Source of the DNA: Eledone cirrhosa
Lineage: Eukaryota
NCBI GenBank assembly: GCA_964016885.1
Contig: OZ024741.1
Coordinates: 374,480,001-374,544,000 of the forward strand
Reading direction: 5' to 3'
DNA length: 64,000 nt
This document shows, one piece after another, positions 56,801 to 64,000 of the stretch. Position 1 is the stretch's first letter. Every line of letters begins with the position of its first letter. A model generated the notes under the pieces. The model saw nothing but the letters and a program-made list of their open reading frames with translations, was not told the DNA's origin and did not search any database. The position numbers and the translations under genes are program-made.

Positions 56801-59800
56801 GTGTATTATCTGATTATGTGTTGTATGTGGTCCTAGATGTGTGTATTATCTGATTATGTGTTGTATGTGGTCCTAGATGTGTGTATTATCTGATTATGTG
56901 TTGTATGTGGTCCTAGATGTGTGTATTATCTGATTATGTGTTGTATGTGGGCCTAGATGTGTGTATTATCTGATTATGTGTTGTATGTGGTCCTAGATGT
57001 GTGTATTATCTGATTATGTGTTGTGTGTGGTCCTAGACGTGTGTATTATCTGATTATGTGTTGTATGTGGTCCTAGACGTGTGTATTATCTGATTATGTG
57101 TTGTATGTGGTCCTAGATGTGTGTATTATCTGATTATGTGTTGTATGTGGTCCTAGATGTGTGTATTATCTGATTATGTGTTGTATGTGGTCCTAGATGT
57201 GTGTATTATCTGATTATGTGTTGTATGTGGTCCTAGATGTGTGTATTATCTGATTATGTGTTGTATGTGGTCCTAGACGTGTGTATTATCTGATTATGTG
57301 TTGTATGTGGTCCTAGATGTGTGTATTATCTGATTATGTGTTGTATGTGGTCCTAGATGTGTGTATTATCTGATTATGTGTTGTATGTGGTCCTAGATGT
57401 GTGTATTATCTGATTATGTGTTGTATGTGGTCCTAGATGTGTGTATTATCTGATTATGTGTTGTATGTGGTCCTAGATGTGTGTATTATCTGATTATGTG
57501 TTGTATGTGGTCCTAGACGTGTGTATTATCTGATTATGTGTTGTATGTGGTCCTAGATGTGTGTATTATCTGATTATGTGTTGTATGTGGTCCTAGATGT
57601 GTGTATTATCTGATTATGTGTTGTATGTGGTCCTAGACGTGTGTATTATCTGATTATGTGTTGTATGTGGTCCTAGACGTCTGTATTATCTGATTATGTG
57701 TTGTATGTGGTCCTAGACGTGTGTATTATCTGATTATGTGTTGTATGTGGTCCTAGATGTGTGTATTATCTGATTATGTGTTGTATGTGGTCCTAGATGT
57801 GTGTATTATCTGATTATTTGTTGTATGTGGTCTTAGATGTGTGTATTATCTGACTATGTGTTGTATGTGGTCCTAGATGTGTGTATTATCTGATTATCTG
57901 TTGTATGTGGTCCTAGACGTGTGTATTATCTGATTATGTGGTTGTATGTGGTCCTAGATGTGGGAATTATCTGATTATGTGTTGTATGTGGTCCTAGATG
58001 TGTGTATTATCTGATTATCTGTTGTATGTGGTCCTAGATGTGTGTATTATCTGATTATGTGTTGTATGTGGTCCTAGATGTGTGTATTATCTGATTATGT
58101 GTTGTATGTGGTCCTAGATGTGTGTATTATCTGATTATGTGTTGTATGTGGTCCTAGATGTGTGTATTATCTGATTATGTGTTGTATGTGGTCCTAGATG
58201 TGTGTATTATCTGATTATGTGTTGTATGTGGTCCTAGATGTGTGTATTATCTGATTATGTGTTGTATGTGGTCCTAGATGTGTGAATTATCTGATTATGT
58301 GTTGTATGTGGTCCTAGACGTGTGTATTATCTGATTATGTGTTGTATGTGGTCCTAGATGTGTGTATTATCTGATTATGTGTTGTATGTGGTCCTAGATG
58401 TGTGTATTATCTGATTATGTGTTGTATGTGGTCCTAGATGTGTGTATTATCTGATTATGTATTGTATGTGGTCCTAGATGTGTGTATTATCTGATTATGT
58501 GTTGTATGTGGTCCTAGATGTGTGTATTATCTGATTATGTATTGTATGTGGTCCTAGACGTGTGTATTATCTGATTATGTATTGTATGTGGTCCTAGATG
58601 TGTGTATTATCTGATTATGTGTTGTATGTGGTCCTAGATGTGTGTATTATCTGATTATGTGTTGTATGTGGTCCTAGATGTGTGTATTATCTGATTATGT
58701 ATTGTATGTGGTCCTAGATGTGTGTATTATCTGATTATGTGTTGTATGTGGTCCTAGATGTGTGTATTATCTGATTATGCGTTGTATGTGGTCCTAGACG
58801 TCTGTATTATCTGATTATATGTTGTATGTGGTCCTAGACGTGTGTATTATCTGATTATGTATTGTATGTGGTCCTAGATGTGTGTATTATCTGATTATGT
58901 ATTGTATGTGGTCCTAGATGTGTGTATTATCTGATTATGTGTTGTATGTGGTCCTAGATGTGTGTATTATCTGATTATGTGTTGTATGTGGTCCTAGATG
59001 TGTGTATTATCTGATTATGTATTGTATGTGGTCCTAGACGTGTGTATTATCTGATTATGTATTGTATGTGGTCCTAGATGTGTGTATTATCTGATTATGT
59101 GTTGTATGTGGTCCTAGATGTGTGTATTATCTGATTATGCGTTGTATGTGGTCCTAGACGTGTGTATTATCTGATTATGTATTGTATGTGGTCCTAGACG
59201 TGTGTATTATCTGATTATGTATTGTATGTGGTCCTAGATGTGTGTATTATCTGATTATGTGTTGTATGTGGTCCTAGATGTGTGTATTATCTGATTATGT
59301 GTTGTATGTGGTCCTAGATGTGTGTATTATCTGATTATGTATTGTATGTGGTCCTAGATGTGTGTATTATCTGATTATGTGTTGTATGTGGTCCTAGACG
59401 TGTGTATTATCTGATTATGTGTTGTATGTGGTCCTAGACGTGTGTATTATCTGATTATCTGTTGTATGTGGTCCTAGACGTGTGTATTATCTAATTATGT
59501 GTTGTATGTGGTCCTAGATGTGTGTATTATCTGATTATGTATTGTATGTGGTCCTAGATGTGTGTATTATCTGATTATGTGTTGTATGTGGTCCTAGATG
59601 TGTGTATTATCTGATTATCTGTTGTATGTGGTCCTAGATATGTGTATTATCTGATTATGTGTTGTGTGTAGTCCTAGATGTGTGTATTATCTGATTATGT
59701 GTTGTATGTGGTCCTAGATGTGTGTATTATCTGATTATGTGTTGTATGTGGTCCTAGATGTGTGTATTATTTGATTATGTGTTGTATGTGGTCCTAGATG

Positions 59801-62800
59801 TGTGTATTATCTGATTATGTGTTGTATGTGGTCCTAGATGTGTGTATTATCTGATTATGTTTTGTACGTGGTTCTAGACGTGTGTATTATCTGATTATGT
59901 GTTGTATGTGGTCCTAGATGTGTGTATTATCTGATTATGTGGTCCTAGATTTGTGTATTATCTGATTATGTGTTGTATGTGGTCCTAGATGTGTGTATTA
60001 TCTGATTATGTGTTGTATGTGGTCCTAGATGTGTGTATTATCTGATTATGTGTTGTATGTGGTCCTAGACGTGTGTATTATCTGATTATGTGATGTATGT
60101 GGTCCTAGACGTGTGTATTATCTGATTATGTGTTGTATGTGGTCCTAGATGTGTGTATTATCTGATTATGTGATGTATGTGGTCCTAGACGTGTGTATTA
60201 TCTGATTATGTGTTGTATGTGGTCCTAGATGTGTGTATTATCTGATTATGTGTTGTATGTGGTGCTAGATGTGTGTATTATCTGATTATGTGTTGTATGT
60301 GGTCCTAGATGTGTGTATTATCTGATTATGTGTTGTATGTGGTCCTAGACGTGTGTATTATCTGATTATGTGATGTATGTGGTCCTAGACGTGTGTATTA
60401 TCTGATTATGTGTTGTATGTGGTCCTAGACGTGTGTATTATCTGATTATGTGTTGTATGTGGTCCTTTATGTGTGTATTATCTGATTATGTGTTGTATGT
60501 GGTCCTAGACGTGTGTATTATCTGATTATGTGTTGTATGTGGTCCTAGACGTGTGTATTATCTGATTATGTGTTGTATGTGGTCCTAGATATGTGTATTA
60601 TCTGATTAAGTGTTGTATGTGGTCCTAGATGTGTATATTATCTGATTATGTGTTGTATGTGGTCCTAGACGTGTGTATTATCTGATTATGTGTTGTATGT
60701 GGTCCTAGACGTGTGTATTATCTGATTATGTGTTGTATGTGGTCCTAGACGTGTGTATTATATGATTATGTGTTGTATGTGGTCCTAGATGTGTGTATTA
60801 TCTGATTATGTGTTGTATGTGGTCCTAGACGTGTGTATTATCTGATTATGTGTTGTATGTGGTCCTAGATATGTGTATTATCTGATTAAGTGTTGTATGT
60901 GGTCCTAGATGTGTATATTATCTGATTATGTGTTGTATGTGGTCCTAGATGTGTGTATTATCTGATTATGTGTTGTACGTGGTCCTAGATGTGTGTATTA
61001 TCTGATTATGTATTGTATGTGGTCCTAGACGTGTGTATTATCTGATTATGTGTTGTACGTGGTCCTAGATGTGTGTATTATCTGATTATGTATTGTATGT
61101 GGTCCCAGACGTGTGTATTATCTGATTATGTGTTGTATGTGGTCCTAGACGTGTGTATTATCTGATTATGTGTTGTATGTGGTCCTAGACGTGTGTATTA
61201 TCTGATTATCTGTTGTATGTGGTCCTAGATGTGTGCATCATCTGATTATGTGTTGTATGTGGTCCTAGACGTGTGTATTATCTGATTATGTGCTGTATGT
61301 GGTCCTAGATGTGTGTATTATCTGATTATGTGTTGTATGTGGTCCTAGACGTGTGTATTATCTGATTATGTGCTGTATGTGGTCCTAGACGTGTGTATTA
61401 TCTGATTATGTGTTGTATGTGGTCCTAGATGTGTGTATTATCTCATTATGTGTTGCATGTGGTCCTAGATGTGTGTATTATCTGATTATGTGTTGTATGT
61501 GGTCCTAGACGTGTGTATTATCTGATTACGTGTTGTATGTGGTCCTAGACGTGTGTATTATCTGATTATGTGTTGTATGTGGTCCTAGACGTGTGTATTA
61601 TCTGATTATGTGTTGTATGTGGTCCTAGACGTGTGTATTATCTGATTATCTGTTGTATGTGGTCCTAGACGTGTGTATTATATGATTATGTGTTGTATGT
61701 GGTCCTACATGTGTGTATTATCTGATTATGTGTTGTATGTGGTCCTAAACGTGTGTATTATCTGATTATGTGTTGTATGTGGTCCTAGATGTGTGTATTA
61801 TCTGATTATGTGTTGTATGTGGTCCTAGATGTGTGTATTATCTGATTATGTGTTGTATGTGGTCCTAGACGTGTGAATTATCTGATTATCTGTTGTATGT
61901 GGTCCTAGATGTGTGCATCATCTGATTATGTGTTGTATGTGGTCCTAGATGTGTGTATTATCTGATTATGTGTTGTATGTGGTCCTAGATGTGTGTATTA
62001 TCTGATTATGTGTTGTATGTGGTCCTAGACGTGTGAATTATCTGATTATCTGTTGTATGTGGTCCTAGATGTGTGCATCATCTGATTATGTGTTGTATGT
62101 GGTCCTAGATGTGTGTATTATCTGATTATGTGTTGTATGTGGTCCTAGACGTGTGAATTATCTGATTATCTGTTGTATGTGGTCCTAGACGTGTGTATTA
62201 TATGATTATGTGTTGTATGTGGTCCTAGATGTGTGTATTATCTGATTATGTGTTGTATGTGGTCCTAAACGTGTGTATTATCTGATTATGTGTTGTATGT
62301 GATCCTAGATGTGTGTATTATCTGATTATGTGTTGTATGTGCTCCTAGACGTGTGAATTATCTGATTATCTGTTGTATGTGGTCCTAGACGTGTGTATTA
62401 TATGATTATGTGTTGTATGTGGTCCTAGATGTGTGTATTATCTGATTATGTGTTGTATGTGGTCCTAGACGTGTGTATTATCTGATTATGTGCTGTATGT
62501 GGTCCTAGACGTGTGTATTATCTGATTATGTGTTGTATGTGGTCCTAGATGTGTGTATTATCTCATTATGTGTTGCATGTGGTCCTAGATGTGTGTATTA
62601 TCTGATTATGTGTTGTATGTGTTCCTAAACGTGTGTATTATCTGATTATGTGTTGTATGTGGTCCTAGACGTGTGTATTATCTGATTATGTGTTGTATGT
62701 GGTCCTAGATGTGTGTATTATCTGATTATGTGTTGTATGTGGTCCTAGATGTGTGTATTATCTGATTATGTGTTGTATGTGGTCCTAGATGTGTGTATTA

Positions 62801-64000
62801 TCTGATTATGTGTTGTATGTGGTCCTAGACGTGTGTATTATCTGATTATGTGTTGTATGTGGTCCTAGATGTATGTATTATCTGATTATGTGTTGTATGT
62901 GGTCCTAGATGTGTGTATTATATGATTATGTGTTGTATGTGGTCATAGACGTGTGAATTATCCGATTATCTGTTGTATGTGGTCCTAGATGTGTGTATTA
63001 TCTGATTATGTGTTGTATGTGGTCCTAGACGTGTGAATTATCTGATTATCTGTTGTATGTGGTCCTAGATGTGTGTATTATCTGATTATGTTTTGTATGT
63101 GATCCTAGATGTGTGTATTATCTGATTATGTGTTGTATGTGGTCCTAGACGTGTGTATTATCTGATTATGTGTTGTAGGTGGTCCTAGACGTGTGTATTA
63201 TCAGATTATGTGTTGTATGTGGTCCTAGATGTGTGTATTATCTGATTATGTGTTGTATGTGGTCCTAGACGTGTGTATTATCTGGTAATGTGTTGTATGT
63301 GGTCCTAGATGTGTGTATTATCTGATTATGTGTTGTATGTGGTCCTAGATGTGTGTATTATCTGATTATGTGTTGTATGTGGTCCTAGACGTGTGTATTA
63401 TCTGATTATGTGTTGTATGTTGTCCTAGACGTGTGTATTATCTGATTATGTGTTGTATGTGGTCCTAGACGTGTGTATTATCTGATTATGTGTTGTATGT
63501 CGTCCTAGATGTGTGTATTATCTGATTATGTGTTGTATGTGGTCCTAGACGTGTGTATTATCTGGTAATGTGTTGTATGTGGTCCTAGATGTGTGTATTA
63601 TCTGATTATGTGTTGTATGTGGTCCTAGATGTGTGTATTATCTGATTATGTGTTGTATGTGGTCCTAGACGTGTGTATTATCTGATTATGTGTTGTATGT
63701 GGTCCTAGACGTGTGTATTATCTCATTATGTGTTGTATGTGGTCCTAGATGTATGTATTATCTGATTATGTGTTGTATGTGGTCCTAGACGTGTGTATTA
63801 TCTGATTATGTGTTGTATGTGGTCCTAGATGTGTGTATTATCTGATTATGTGTTGTATGTGGTCGTAGACGTGTGTATTATCTGATTATGTGTTGTATGT
63901 GGTCGTAGACGTGTGTATTATCTGATTATGTGTTGTATGTGGTCCTAGATGTGTGTATTATCTGATTATGTGTTGTATGTGGTCGTAGACGTGTGTATTA
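53835..64000. repeat. 40-bp tandem satellite, about 250 copies, extends beyond the window
   Basis: Unit gtgtgtattatctgattatgtgttgtatgtggtcctaga(t/c), with a 1-bp insertion near 57941 and a 9-bp deletion near 59940. Confidence 0.99.

Noticed and set aside
53835-64000. CRISPR array or telomeric repeat
   Set aside because: The units are contiguous near-identical 40-mers with no unique spacers, no cas genes and no TTAGGG-type motif. This is a plain satellite.

Overview
AT-rich, repeat-dense animal genomic DNA. The SINE/RTE repertoire and the large (TA)n load suggest an octopod cephalopod, which is an inference. The only host gene I can support is the 3' half of a cytoplasmic aconitase / iron-regulatory protein (ACO1/IRP1-type). 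It has nine + strand coding exons (9595-27791) with GT-AG boundaries and consistent phases. The rest is mobile DNA: an L1/Tx1-type LINE, many RTE LINE copies that carry a PHD-type C4HC3 finger inside the RT region, a C-terminal GIY-YIG Penelope-like element (PLE), CR1- and CRE-like remnants, Helitron-like elements, MITEs and SINEs, plus a >10 kb 40-bp satellite running off the right end. The most striking structure is a cluster of hammerhead-ribozyme (HHR) motifs. A ~469-bp tandem array (5212-6855) carries three minimal type-I HHRs, sense to ACO1 and probably inside one of its introns. It is fused head-to-head to a diverged ~474-bp sister unit whose HHR shows compensatory base changes. There is also a core-variant (CAGAAGA) HHR-like fold at the PLE 3' end and two further HHR-like repeat families in inverted arrangements. 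Together these look like a retrozyme / PLE pseudo-LTR system. All structure calls were made by eye and are untested.
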